64,000 nt of DNA. Source: Octopus sinensis. Its lineage: Eukaryota. Under the pieces are notes generated by a model. It worked only from the letters and a program-made list of their open reading frames with translations, was not told the DNA's origin and searched no databases. The position numbers and the translations under genes were made by a program. Shown here one piece after another: positions 41,009 to 52,870 of this stretch. How positions within the stretch are numbered: position 1 is the first letter of the stretch; every line of letters starts with the position of its first letter. The stretch is taken from NCBI RefSeq assembly GCF_006345805.1, contig NC_043013.1, positions 47,306,001 through 47,370,000 on the forward strand, given 5' to 3'.

Positions 41009-41212
41009 AGACAGAAATTCAAAGAAATCGGTTGTATGCATATACATTTGAGTGTGTGCGTGTGTGTTTGCACGTGATTATTTGTGTGTATTTGGCCCCA
41101 CCACCGCTTCACAACCGATGTTGGTGTTTTTACGTTCCCGTATGCTACCGGTTCGGGAGACCGATAGAACTCTTCGAGGCGGCACTCTAATAACTAAAAC
41201 AAGTAAAAGACA
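41009..41212 (+). mobile_element. 3' half of the family A SINE that hosts the minisatellite
   Basis: GACAGAAATTCAAAGAA...ACAACCGATGTTGGTG...GAGACCGATAGAA...AACAAGTAAAAGA continues the SINE consensus. Confidence 0.75.
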
Positions 41213-41328
41213 AAAGATAAAACACAAACATGCACAAACACACATACACATATACACACATGCCCACATACATACACACATGCCCACATACATGCATATA
41301 TATATATATAGCTGTGTGTGTGTATGTA

Positions 41329-41369
<41 letters not shown>

Positions 41370-41392
41370 TATGTATATATATATATGTATAC

Positions 41393-41428
<36 letters not shown>

Positions 41429-41824
41429 GTATGTATGCATGTATGTATATACAGATGTGTACAACGCAACATTTTCTTCGGATATAAATCAGTATTTCTG
41501 GCATGAAGACAGTAGTAAACTCAATGATATTTTAACATCAATGGCAGAAACAAAAGATGATAGTGTTGAAGTTATTTATTACGTATAGCCAAGATCAGTG
41601 AAGGAAAAGTCGGAAACTCTTATAACTGAACATTCAAGAAGATTATTGCGGCCATATTTGTTCGTAACTTTGCATAGGCCTCTAATAAATGAATGAACAG
41701 GGAAAAATAACTGGAGATTAACTTGCAGAAATGAGGAAAGAGATTGAAATAATATCAGAAATATTTCGTAAAGATACAAAAATATATATTTGTGTATGTC
41801 CGAGTGTACATATTTACGTGTATG

Positions 41825-41893
<69 letters not shown>

Positions 41894-42164
41894 ATATATA
41901 TGTATGTATATATATATATGTATGTATATATATATGTATGTATGTATATATTATATGTATGTATATATATATATATGTATGTATATATATATATGTATAT
42001 ATATATATATACACATATATTCATATATATATATATAGTGGGAGGGAGAGAGAGGGAGAGAGGGAGTGAGTGAGTGAGAAAGTGATAAGGTAAGTTGTAC
42101 ATACATATATACATGCATAAATAGACGCACGCACATACACTCACAAGCACACATACACACACAC

Positions 42165-42545
42165 ACATACACACACACACAAACACACACACACATATAC
42201 GTGCATGCTGATTAACGATACACATGGCCTGCATAATACACGTCACAACGCTTTTAAAACACGCTATTTTTCACTGAATTTTCTCAATAAATAATTTAAA
42301 ATTAATTACAGCTATGACAACAATGCCTATGTGATTGAAATAGAAGGAAATGGAGGAATCTTGAATATATTAAACAAAGCGTTAATTCGTGTTCTAAGAT
42401 TGCGCTTGCATATCTTACTGTTATATCTCGTAACCCGAAAGTAAATAAAGCCAAATTTTAGTGATACAGTTGTGTATGTGTATGTATCTGTGAGTGCTTG
42501 TGTGTATAGGGGGGTGCGTGTGTATGTTTCTATATCTGTGTATAC

Positions 42546-42588
<43 letters not shown>

Positions 42589-42834
42589 GGCATACATATA
42601 TTATAATATATTAAATACAATATTTGCATGGTGCTTATGTATGTGTAATTTTATAAATCCTATGTAATTGCGCAACTATGCATATACAAATTTCTGTGTA
42701 AATGTCTATATATGTGTGTGCATGTGTGCATACAGAAAATATTTTGATCTCATCTGTGAACTATGTGCATATATACATATATACATATATATATATATGT
42801 ATATATATTCACACATATATATATATTATATATA

Positions 42835-42900
<66 letters not shown>

Positions 42901-42951
42901 CAGCGGTGGTGCCGCAGTATGGCCGCGGCCTTCGGGCTAAAACATTTTTAA

Positions 42952-42993
<42 letters not shown>

Positions 42994-43879
42994 TATTTGT
43001 GTATATAGATGTTTATGGATGTATCTGTCTACATGGGATTGTATTTGGCACATATCACTTGTATTTTGTTTCTTTATGACTCGTAAGCTAAAGCTACCAG
43101 TTTGGAGGATAAATGACCAATAGAATAATTGTTAGAATTAAGAAAATATGTAATGGAGTCGGTTTAAATACACACACACACACACCTTTGGAACAGACAT
43201 GAACACAAGGAAACTGCAAGATCGGCCATGATATTGTAAACCATATAGCTATGCTAAGCACTACTTCAAGGAGACATAAGTCTCGGCTGCCTACATTAGT
43301 GACAAAAGTAACTACATAGCCTAGCAGTGATTTGCCAATGGGAATTCCTGTCCTCGTTTGTAAATCTCTAAGTATTCATGTGTAGCTGTATAACGAAAAT
43401 ATTCAATGTGTAGTATTATATACCTTTAATATTGAAGGAAATGACGAAAAATATTTTAACATCACCTGTGTTAACATACCTACATCAAAGTACACACACA
43501 CACATACACACACACAAACACCACACACATATACGTGCATGCTGATTAACGATACACATGGCCTGCATAATACACGTCACAACGCTTTTAAAACACGCTA
43601 TTTTTCACTGAATTTTCTCAATAAATAATTTAAAATTAATTACAGCTATGACAACAATGCCTATGTGATTGAAATAGAAGGAAATGGAGGAATCTTGAAT
43701 ATATTAAACAAAGCGTTAATTCGTGTTCTAAGATTGCGCTTGCATATCTTACTGTTATATCTCGTAACCCGAAAGTAAATAAAGCCAAATTTTAGTGATA
43801 CAGTTGTGTATGTGTATGTATCTGTGAGTGCTTGTGTGTATAGGGGGGTGCGTGTGTATGTTTCTATATCTGTGTATAC

Positions 43880-43922
<43 letters not shown>

Positions 43923-44165
43923 GGCATACATATATTATAATATATTAAATACAATATTTGCATGGTGCTTATGTATGTGTAATTTTATAAATCCTATGTA
44001 ATTGCGCAACTATGCATATACAAATTTCTGTGTAAATGTCTATATATGTGTGTGCATGTGTGCATACAGAAAATATTTTGATCTCATCTGTGAACTATGT
44101 GCATATATACATATATATATATATATGTATATATATTCACACATATATATATATGTATATATATA

Positions 44166-44233
<68 letters not shown>

Positions 44234-44284
44234 CAGCGGTGGTGCCGCAGTATGGCCGCGGCCTTCGGGCTAAAACATTTTTAA

Positions 44285-44322
<38 letters not shown>

Positions 44323-44836
44323 TATTCTATTTGTGTATATAGATGTTTATGGATGTATCTGTCTACATGGGATTGTATTTGGCACATATCACTTGTATTT
44401 TGTTTCTTTATGACTCGTAAGCTAAAGCTACCAGTTTGGAGGATAAATGACCAATAGAATAATTGTTAGAATTAAGAAAATATGTAATGGAGTCGGTTTA
44501 AATACACACACACACACACCTTTGGAACAGACATGAACACAAGGAAACTGCAAGATCGGCCATGATATTGTAAACCATATAGCTATGCTAAGCACTACTT
44601 CAAGGAGACATAAGTCTCGGCTGCCTACATTAGTGACAAAAGTAACTACATAGCCTTAGCAGTGATTTGCCAATGGGAATTCCTGTCCTCGTTTGTAAAT
44701 CTCTAAGTATTCATGTGTAGCTGTATAACGAAAATATTCAATGTGTAGTATTATATACCTTTAATATTGAAGGAAATGACGAAAAATATTTTAACATCAC
44801 CTGTGTTAACATACCTACATCAAAGTACACACACAC
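42165..44836. repeat. ~1334-bp tandem duplication
   Basis: Identical ORFs at 42327 and 43661 (offset 1334). The copies differ mainly in microsatellite lengths; junctions lie in (CA)n. Confidence 0.9.
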
Positions 44837-44862
44837 ATGTATATATGTGCACACACACACAC

Positions 44863-44960
<98 letters not shown>

Positions 44961-45381
44961 AAATTATAGAATGGAGCAGCTAAAATTCAAACAGGATATG
45001 CTTCATAGCTTGCAGTACCTCGGGAGTAGTAATTACCCAAACGTTGGGTAAGCAGCTAGCTACTCGTCGGGCTAAAGATACCTTAAGCAAAAAAATCTAA
45101 TTTCCCAGCGAGTAAATGCATCTGCGCATTTGTGTATTCAAAATAATATATATATGTAAAAACTTCACCCTGTTTATTGGAAATATTCGATGAATAACAA
45201 AGAGAAATGTTTCATGGAAGAAGAAGTGAGGAGGCAAAAGCCTCAGGAATCTTTTCTTGCAACATTTCTGGATTATATATATATGTATATAGGAAATAAA
45301 AAAATTGTAAAGGTTCATGTCAGACATTAAAAAATACACATCGCTGTTTTCTATTTTGTTTTATATATGGCAAAAGTTAAA

Positions 45382-45570
45382 GGCGGCGAGCTGTCAGAAT
45401 GCATAGCGGTATTTCGTCCCTCTATACGTTCTGAGTTCAGATGCAGTAACGGTCGACTTTACCTTTCATCCTTCGAGCATCGATAAAATAAATACTAATT
45501 TAGCATTGGGGTCGATATAATCAACTTACCCCACCCCGAAATTGCTGACCTTGTGCCAAGATTTAGAAGG
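45382..45570 (+). mobile_element. Family C SINE (Meta-domain-like core)
   Basis: GGCGGCGAGCTG head and GGTCGACTTTACCTTTCATCCTT core. Confidence 0.7.
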
Positions 45571-45897
45571 AATAGTAATACATACTATAAAATGTAAAAG
45601 GAATTTTCGGATATCTTAAGCTAGTATTCCTGCAAAACCGAAAGTTATTAGAGGGTTAAATTAAATAGGATTCGTTTCTGATCAAAATGTTCTTCATCTC
45701 AGTCTTGGGGAAGAAATCGCATATGTGTGGTACAATTAAGAAATGACAGCTAAAGGGGAACAGAATGGAGTACGGGAATTTTTACTTGGCAAACACGTCT
45801 CTGCTACGAACAAGTTGTCTTAAGTTCAATATACAACCGCTGCTCATATCATTTGCTTGCTGCGAATGTACAAATGGGAAATATATAATCTTACTTA

Positions 45898-45940
<43 letters not shown>

Positions 45941-46027
45941 AGTACATACATTTGTTTATTTATACGTATAAATAATTGCACGAGATATAGAAAAACTATC
46001 ATCGCATATATATGTATATACGTTTAT

Positions 46028-46106
<79 letters not shown>

Positions 46107-47169
46107 TATTCATACATACAGAAACGTGAGCGCTTGCACAGACATACGTATTTATAAGTGCTGCTCTATTATAATCCAATAATAGTAGATTTTGCTTCGT
46201 TTTATCTAAATTTTATATATAATAAAAATAATTTATATTATCATTTAAATTATCAGTAAAAATAATTAAGCGTAATTAATGATAGGTAGTTGGAAATATA
46301 TATTTTCTGATAGGCTTATCGTCTGTGTATAACAACCCAGTCACTGAGCAAAGTGAGAAATAATGAAGACTGTCATTGGAACGTGGTAACAGAGTAGCTG
46401 TGAGGTACTTTGATGCGAACCAATGTACAATCAGATCACACAAGACAAGTTCAAAATCAACTTGAAGCTATGGCAAAGTCTATTAGAGGCGAAAAAGGCA
46501 TCTCCACTTGTAATAAACCACCGACATCACAATTAAACCCCAAAGATGTTCTGCCCAGTTTCACAAGCAATAAAGGCAACGAAAATGGCGATTCATTCTT
46601 CCTTACGAATCGGTATTAGCTGACCATCAAGAGCATCTTCTCAGTGTATGTGGGTGTACACACAGAAACATATATATACATACATATATATATTATATAT
46701 ATATATATATAATATATATATATAATATATATAATCCATACATACACGCACCAAAAAGAAGGAAAATCTTAATTCTTTTAACAAGACGTTCACCACAACA
46801 TACACAGCCATTAACACACAGCTGGTCACATTCCAAATATATTGAAAGGACATTCAACATAGAGCACACATACACTCACATACACACTCACACAGCTGGA
46901 CATAATTAAAAACTCCAATGAAAAACTTCAACGAAAAACTCCAAACATGTTTTGACCAAGAAACAGACGACAATTTTTTTTATTTTATTAATATTTGATA
47001 GGATGAAATTCATCATCGAATATTTTGTACTTGCTTTATACTTTTTAAATCATTTTATTATACTCTTCCTAAATTGAAAAGTCTTAGATTTACTTCTTAT
47101 ACATATATATACATAAATATATATATATATATATTACATATATATAATTTATGTATATATATATTTATG

Positions 47170-47225
<56 letters not shown>

Positions 47226-47622
47226 GTATATATATATATATTACAGGGTAAATGTTTTTTTAATTTTCTCCTGTTACGGAATTGATCTTTATTTGCGGTA
47301 GAAGCTTTGGCTGTTATTTCTAGTGGGTGAATGGCCTATTATGGCCGTTCCTTAATTGTTAATGTTGAACTTAAAAATAGTCTATGACTATTTAATTTTT
47401 TCCTACTGGGCCGCTGGTGGCAATAAAATTCTACAAAATTTTCCTTGCCACCCTATATTGATTATTATGAATTTTTTGGTTAATTCCGTAATGGAATCGA
47501 CGGCTGATATTTTTTGCTGCCGATAAATTTGGCGCGAGTGCGACGATTTGAAAATTTTAGGTCAGATATTGCCTTGGCAAGATTGGGTATGCCTCGTGTA
47601 TATATCTGTTCCGACTTGAGCT

Positions 47623-47729
47623 ATTTCTTGCTGAAGAATCCGAGGGCTTATGGAAGATTGGCTTGATTTAATTTAATCAGGTTAGTTTACCATTAAACAG
47701 CGGATGAAACGGTATACCGTACAAGAAAT
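47623..47729 (+). ncRNA. Type I hammerhead ribozyme, copy 1
   Basis: ATTTCTTG-CTGAAGA-ATCCG-[58 nt]-CGGAT-GAA-ACGGTATACCGT-A-CAAGAAAT. 8-bp stem I; GUA cut after 47721. Confidence 0.85.
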
Positions 47730-48116
47730 TACAGGGTAAATGTTTTTTTTTTAATTTTCTCCTGTTTACGGAATTGATCTTTATTTGCGGTAGAAGCTTT
47801 GGCTGTTATTTCTAGTGGGTGAATGGCCTATTATGGCCGTTCCTTAATTGTTAATGTTGAACTTAAAAATGGTCTATGACTATTTAATTTTTTCCTACTG
47901 GGCCGCTGGTGGCAATAAAATTCTACAAAATTTTCCTTGCCACCCTATATTGATTAATTATGAATTTTTTGGTTAATTCCGTAATGGAATCGACGGCTGA
48001 TATTTATTTGCTGCCGATAAATTTGGCGCGAGTGCGACGATTTGAAAATTTTAGGTCAGATATTGCCTTGGCAAGATTGGGTATGCCTCGTGTATATATC
48101 TGTTCCGACTTGAGCT

Positions 48117-48222
48117 ATTTCTTGCTGAAGAATCCGAGGGCTTATGGAAGATTGGCTTGATTTAATTTAATCAGGTTAGTTTACCATTAAACAGCGGATG
48201 AAACGGTATACCGTACAAGAAT
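48117..48222 (+). ncRNA. Type I hammerhead ribozyme, copy 2
   Basis: Same motif with one A fewer in the stem I 3' strand; cut after 48215. Confidence 0.85.
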
Positions 48223-48605
48223 TACAGGGTAAATGTTTTTTTAATTTTCTCCTGTTTACGGAATTGATCTTTATTTGCGGTAGAAGCTTTGGCTGTTATT
48301 TCTAGTGGGTGAATGGCCTATTATGGCCGTTCCTTAATTGTTAATGTTGAACTTAAAAATGGTCTATGACTATTTAATTTTTTCCTACTGGGCCGCTGGT
48401 GGCAATAAAATTCTACAAAATTTTCCTTGCCACCCTATATTGATTAATTATGAATTTTTTGGTTAATTCCGTAATGGAATCGACGGCTGATATTATTTGC
48501 TGCCGATAAATTTGGCGCGAGTGCGACGATTTGAAAATTTTAGGTCAGATATTGCCTTGGCAAGATTGGGTATGCCTCGTGTATATATCTGTTCCGACTT
48601 GAGCT

Positions 48606-48712
48606 ATTTCTTGCTGAAGAATCCGAGGGCTTATGGAAGATTGGCTTGATTTAATTTAATCAGGTTAGTTTACCATTAAACAGCGGATGAAACGGTATAC
48701 CGTACAAGAAAT
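48606..48712 (+). ncRNA. Type I hammerhead ribozyme, copy 3
   Basis: Same motif; cut after 48704. Confidence 0.85.
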
Positions 48713-49096
48713 TACAGGGTAAATGTTTTTTTAATTTTCTCCTGTTTACGGAATTGATCTTTATTTGCGGTAGAAGCTTTGGCTGTTATTTCTAGTGGGT
48801 GAATGGCCTATTATGGCCGTTCATCAATTGTTAATGTTGAACTTAAAACTGGTCTATGACTATTTAATTTTTTCCTACTGGGCCGCTGGTGGCAATAAAA
48901 TTCTACAAAATTTTCCTTGCCACCCTATATTGATTAATTATGAATTTTTTGGTTAATTCCGTAATGGAATCGACGGCTGATATTTATTTGCTGCCGATAA
49001 ATTTGGCGCGAGTGCGACGATTTGAAAATTTTAGGTCAGATATTGCCTTGGCAAGATTGGGTATGCCTCGTGTATATATCTGTTCCGACTTGAGCT

Positions 49097-49203
49097 ATTT
49101 CTTGCTGAAGAATCCGAGGGCTTATGGAAGATTGGCTTGATTTAATTTAATCAGGTTAGTTTACCATTAAACAGCGGATGAAACGGTATACCGTACAAGA
49201 AAT
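49097..49203 (+). ncRNA. Type I hammerhead ribozyme, copy 4
   Basis: Same motif; cut after 49195. Confidence 0.85.
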
Positions 49204-49433
49204 TACAGGGTAAATGTTTTTTTAATTTTCTCCTGTTTACGGAATTGATCTTTATTTGCGGTAGAAGCTTTGGCTGTTATTTCTAGTGGGTGAATGGCCT
49301 ATTATGGCCGTTCCTTAATTGTTAATGTTGAACTTAAAATGGTCTATGACTATTTAATTTTTTCCTACTGGGCCGCTGGTGGCAATAAAATTCTACAAAA
49401 TTTTCCTTGCCACCCTATATTGATTAATTATGA

Positions 49434-49510
<77 letters not shown>

Positions 49511-49543
49511 AATATATATATATATTTATATTTATATATATAT

Positions 49544-49587
<44 letters not shown>

Positions 49588-49599
49588 ATATACTTAGCT

Positions 49600-50330
49600 T
49601 CTGTATAGTTTATGTTGGATGGGTGCCAAACGAGCTTGTCGAAACGCAGAATTGTAAGCATGTGAATTTCTGGCAACGCGTACTCGACGAAGCTACTCTG
49701 AAGAGAACAGCCACAGGAGATAAGACATGGGTGCAACACTTTGAACCAGATTCCAAAAGGCGAATATGGAATGGAAACTCCTGGAATTGCCAACAATAAA
49801 GAAATTCAAAACGAAACCATCCGCAGAAAAAGTGATGTTAACCGTATTTTGGGACGCAAAATAGTCTATACTGGAACGTTACCAAGAAACGGGGTCTACA
49901 GTCACCAGGAACTCGAATTAAATGCCGAGGCAACTTGTCAAAGTAAGTGTTACTGTTGCGCGACAACGCACGCCCACATACTGCAGACTCCACCGTTGAA
50001 ACCATTAAAAAATTGTGTTTTGAGTTGCTGAAACACTCTGCATACAATTCAGATCTCACCCCGTCCAACAATCCCCTATTTGGTCCGTTCAAACATCCTT
50101 TACAAATTCGTTGATTTCGCTCGGACGAAGAAGTGCAGGAATTAATGCATAAAGGCTGCGCGATCAGCTGAAAACCTTCTTCAAAGGAATAGAGAAGCTT
50201 GTGGGCGCTAGCAGAAGTGCATCAGAAAGCAAGGAAATTATGCCGAATAGTGATCTAATTGTTCAACCCCAGCTTTTCATTTGCTCTAAGTTGCAGAAAC
50301 AAGAGTGCGTACAATTTTTGGCATCCCTCG
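49600..50330 (+). mobile_element. mariner-family transposase relic (3' half)
   Basis: Remnants ...KVMLTVFWDA, DNARPHTA, HSAYNSDLTPSNNPLFGPFK (YSPDLAPSD-like), FRSDEEV and GIEKLV. Heavily disrupted. Confidence 0.75.
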
Positions 50331-50767
50331 CTTATATATAGATGAGTGTGTGTGGGGGGTAGTATTTACAAGGAAAATTTTGTTCACCCTCTTATAATCA
50401 GACAAGTCTTAGAATGAGAAACAACAAATTAACACAATATTACGTTTTTACATACAAAAATAAATTAATACAGAAAGCGATAAAAACAGGACAAACGGAC
50501 GACTGAAAATAATGTAAAATATGAATGCAAAGAGCTATTCCCGGAGATCAAAGGTCAATGATTCTCTCGGCCCCGCCTTAAATAGTATACCCAGTTCTTT
50601 CTCCTCTCAACTTCATCCCCCAGTAAACTTCTCCCTGGTCATGTCTTTCTTGCAGGTGTTGGTCTCCAAAAGCTTAAGTAGAAGATTATCTGTATGAGGT
50701 TCTCCGATCTAGGAGGGGCTCCAGATAATACTAGTATTTCTCTATCTTCCGGACACAATTGAAAACA

Positions 50768-50834
50768 AATACATGTACATACATGCACACACGGACACAT
50801 AGATACACATATTTATACATAAATACCTGCATAC

Positions 50835-50912
<78 letters not shown>

Positions 50913-50975
50913 ACAGGTATTTATGTATAAATATGTGTATCTATGTGTCCGTGTGTGCATGTATGTACATGTATT
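50768..50975. repeat. Fold-back palindrome with perfect 62-bp outer arms
   Basis: 50768-50829 is the exact reverse complement of 50914-50975. The centre is (CA)n(TA)n(TG)n. Confidence 0.9.
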
Positions 50976-51959
50976 CCTTTTCATATAGGGTGCACATTTG
51001 ACAGTATACATAAAAGGCAAAAAAACAATACGTATCCAAAAAATATTCTAAAACATCAAAATATATCAACTAGATTATGGCTGGGAGATAACAGTCGCCA
51101 CTCTCAAATTTCATCTCGGCCTCAAGTCAGCTCCCGGACCTGGTGCATGTGTTTCTCATATTGGCCCTGGGAAGAGCTTCGAACAACTTCTTGATGATGG
51201 TCACCAGCTTAGGTAGAACAGATGATGCTTTTCACAGAAGACAGTAGTAGAGAACGTGTACGATACCAAGCAAAGGAAAGAGAAGGTTCACAACTGAAAA
51301 AAAGCAAGACAGGGGTAAAAGGCTGCTACTAAAAACAAGAATAGGCAGATACACAAGATACAAATCAGATCTATCCTTCGAGTTAAGACAGAGACGAAGG
51401 AAAGATCTAGCATAGACGGAAAATACAAAGAGCATTCTTTGGATATACAATATGAACAAAGAGAAACACTGAATACATGTTGTCAGTATGACGCTCACGA
51501 CGCAAATGTTCGATAGAAAGAAGCACAGGATATCAGGAGCAAGGGGATAAAGAAAGGAGCAAGAAAAAAACCCTTGTCGCATAAGGGACAAGGAGATTGA
51601 TTAAGAGAGAGCAAGATAATGCATCCGGAAGATAGCGATTGAGAGAAGAAGCAAAATATAGACCGAAAGAAATATGTGTCACAACGAGAGAAAATAAATC
51701 AGCCATAATGGAAAATATGAGAGTGTAGGCAAGGTATGGAAAATCAAAATAATGTTGAAGAACGTGTAAGGGAATTATCAGAGACGACAAAAATAGACAT
51801 GTCTAAAGCTATTTCATCAGCAATACCTTTTCCGCAGATATTACTATGTCGGCACTTGGAAAAAGGTGGTATCGTTTAAGTACAAACCGTCAAGATTAAT
51901 ACAAACAAAACCAAGAAAGACTTACGACTGAAAACACACTAGGCGGGGACAAGAGATTG

Positions 51960-52050
51960 ATAATTCGCATTCTTCCCGAGCGTTGAACTAGTACACTGGC
52001 TTGTTGTTCCTTCACCTGTCTTCGTCTTTTGCTTTCTGTAAATTTGAACA
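51960..52050 (+). mobile_element. Family P1-related pseudo-LTR end
   Basis: CCCGAGCGTTGAACTAGTACA...CACCTGTCTTCGTCTTTTG resembles 32015-32095. Confidence 0.45.
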
Positions 52051-52074
52051 ACACACACACACACACACACACAA

Positions 52075-52124
<50 letters not shown>

Positions 52125-52734
52125 CCTGTCTTCTACACGTACATTCTTTTCACAGCACATTTGTTTTTAACACTTTTTGTAATACAATGCTGTATATATG
52201 GACAAACCGTAGTCAGAAAGTACAATTCAAAAGAATCATTGTGATTATTTTTCAGTAATGTTATATTTATTGTGTACTTTCATGGCATAAACAAAAGCAG
52301 GATGCACACATATAGAGTTTCAGTTAAATTTTTCTCTAAGAATAATTCTTTTCTGCTTAGCAGTTATTTGTTTATTTATTATATATTTACAAAGCGCTGA
52401 CTTAATAAAATTATACATCCCATAGATGAAAGCCTAGAGTATATAGTTTTACTATTTTAAGAATATTTAATTTTAAAAATTTCACTAAGTAAAACATATT
52501 TTAATCTGTATATTGTAGATATTTCTATCCAGTTTAGGTTTGTATGTATATATGTATTTATGTATGTATGTATGTATGTATGTATGTATGTATGTATGTA
52601 TGTATGTATGTATGTATGTATGTATGTATGTATGCATGTATATATATATAAATACATACATGTGTGTATATATAAATGTATGTATACATGTATTTATGTA
52701 TGTATGTATATATATATATATGCATGTATGTATG

Positions 52735-52768
<34 letters not shown>

Positions 52769-52772
<4 letters not shown>

Positions 52773-52870
52773 AGGTCTGATAAATAAGTATCCTGACGGT
52801 TGCCATAATAACAAAGCTAAAATATGCAGAGTAAAGTCGCTCGACCAAGATTTACATCGACTTAGCTCTT
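52769..52870 (+). mobile_element. Probable mariner-type 5' terminus fragment
   Basis: TA-TGAGGTCTGATAAATAAGTATCC resembles a mariner TIR; no partner end found. Confidence 0.3.

Larger units (their letters stand above)
47240..49434 (+). mobile_element. Retrozyme-like tandem array: 4.5 x ~490-bp units, each full unit with a type I hammerhead
   Basis: Units start at 47240, 47728, 48221, 48711 and 49202 and are near-identical. Flanked by (TA)n on both sides; no RT ORF. Confidence 0.85.

Noticed and set aside
39519-41112. 475/521/338-aa ORFs as a repeat protein gene
   Set aside because: They are a by-product of a stop-free 41-bp unit: all three frames give the same cyclic peptide, and the longest ORFs run through the N gap.
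45020-45075. Hairpin TTACCCA-AACGT-TGGGTAA with GAGTAG/CTACTC as a ribozyme or terminator
   Set aside because: The hairpin is real, but there is no complete catalytic core on either strand and no supporting context.
47960-48160. 66-aa ORF (MNFLVNSV...) in the 490-bp unit as a real protein
   Set aside because: Intact in only two of four units, no recognisable motif, and it overlaps the ribozyme. The indels could be sequencing errors, so it is not fully excluded.
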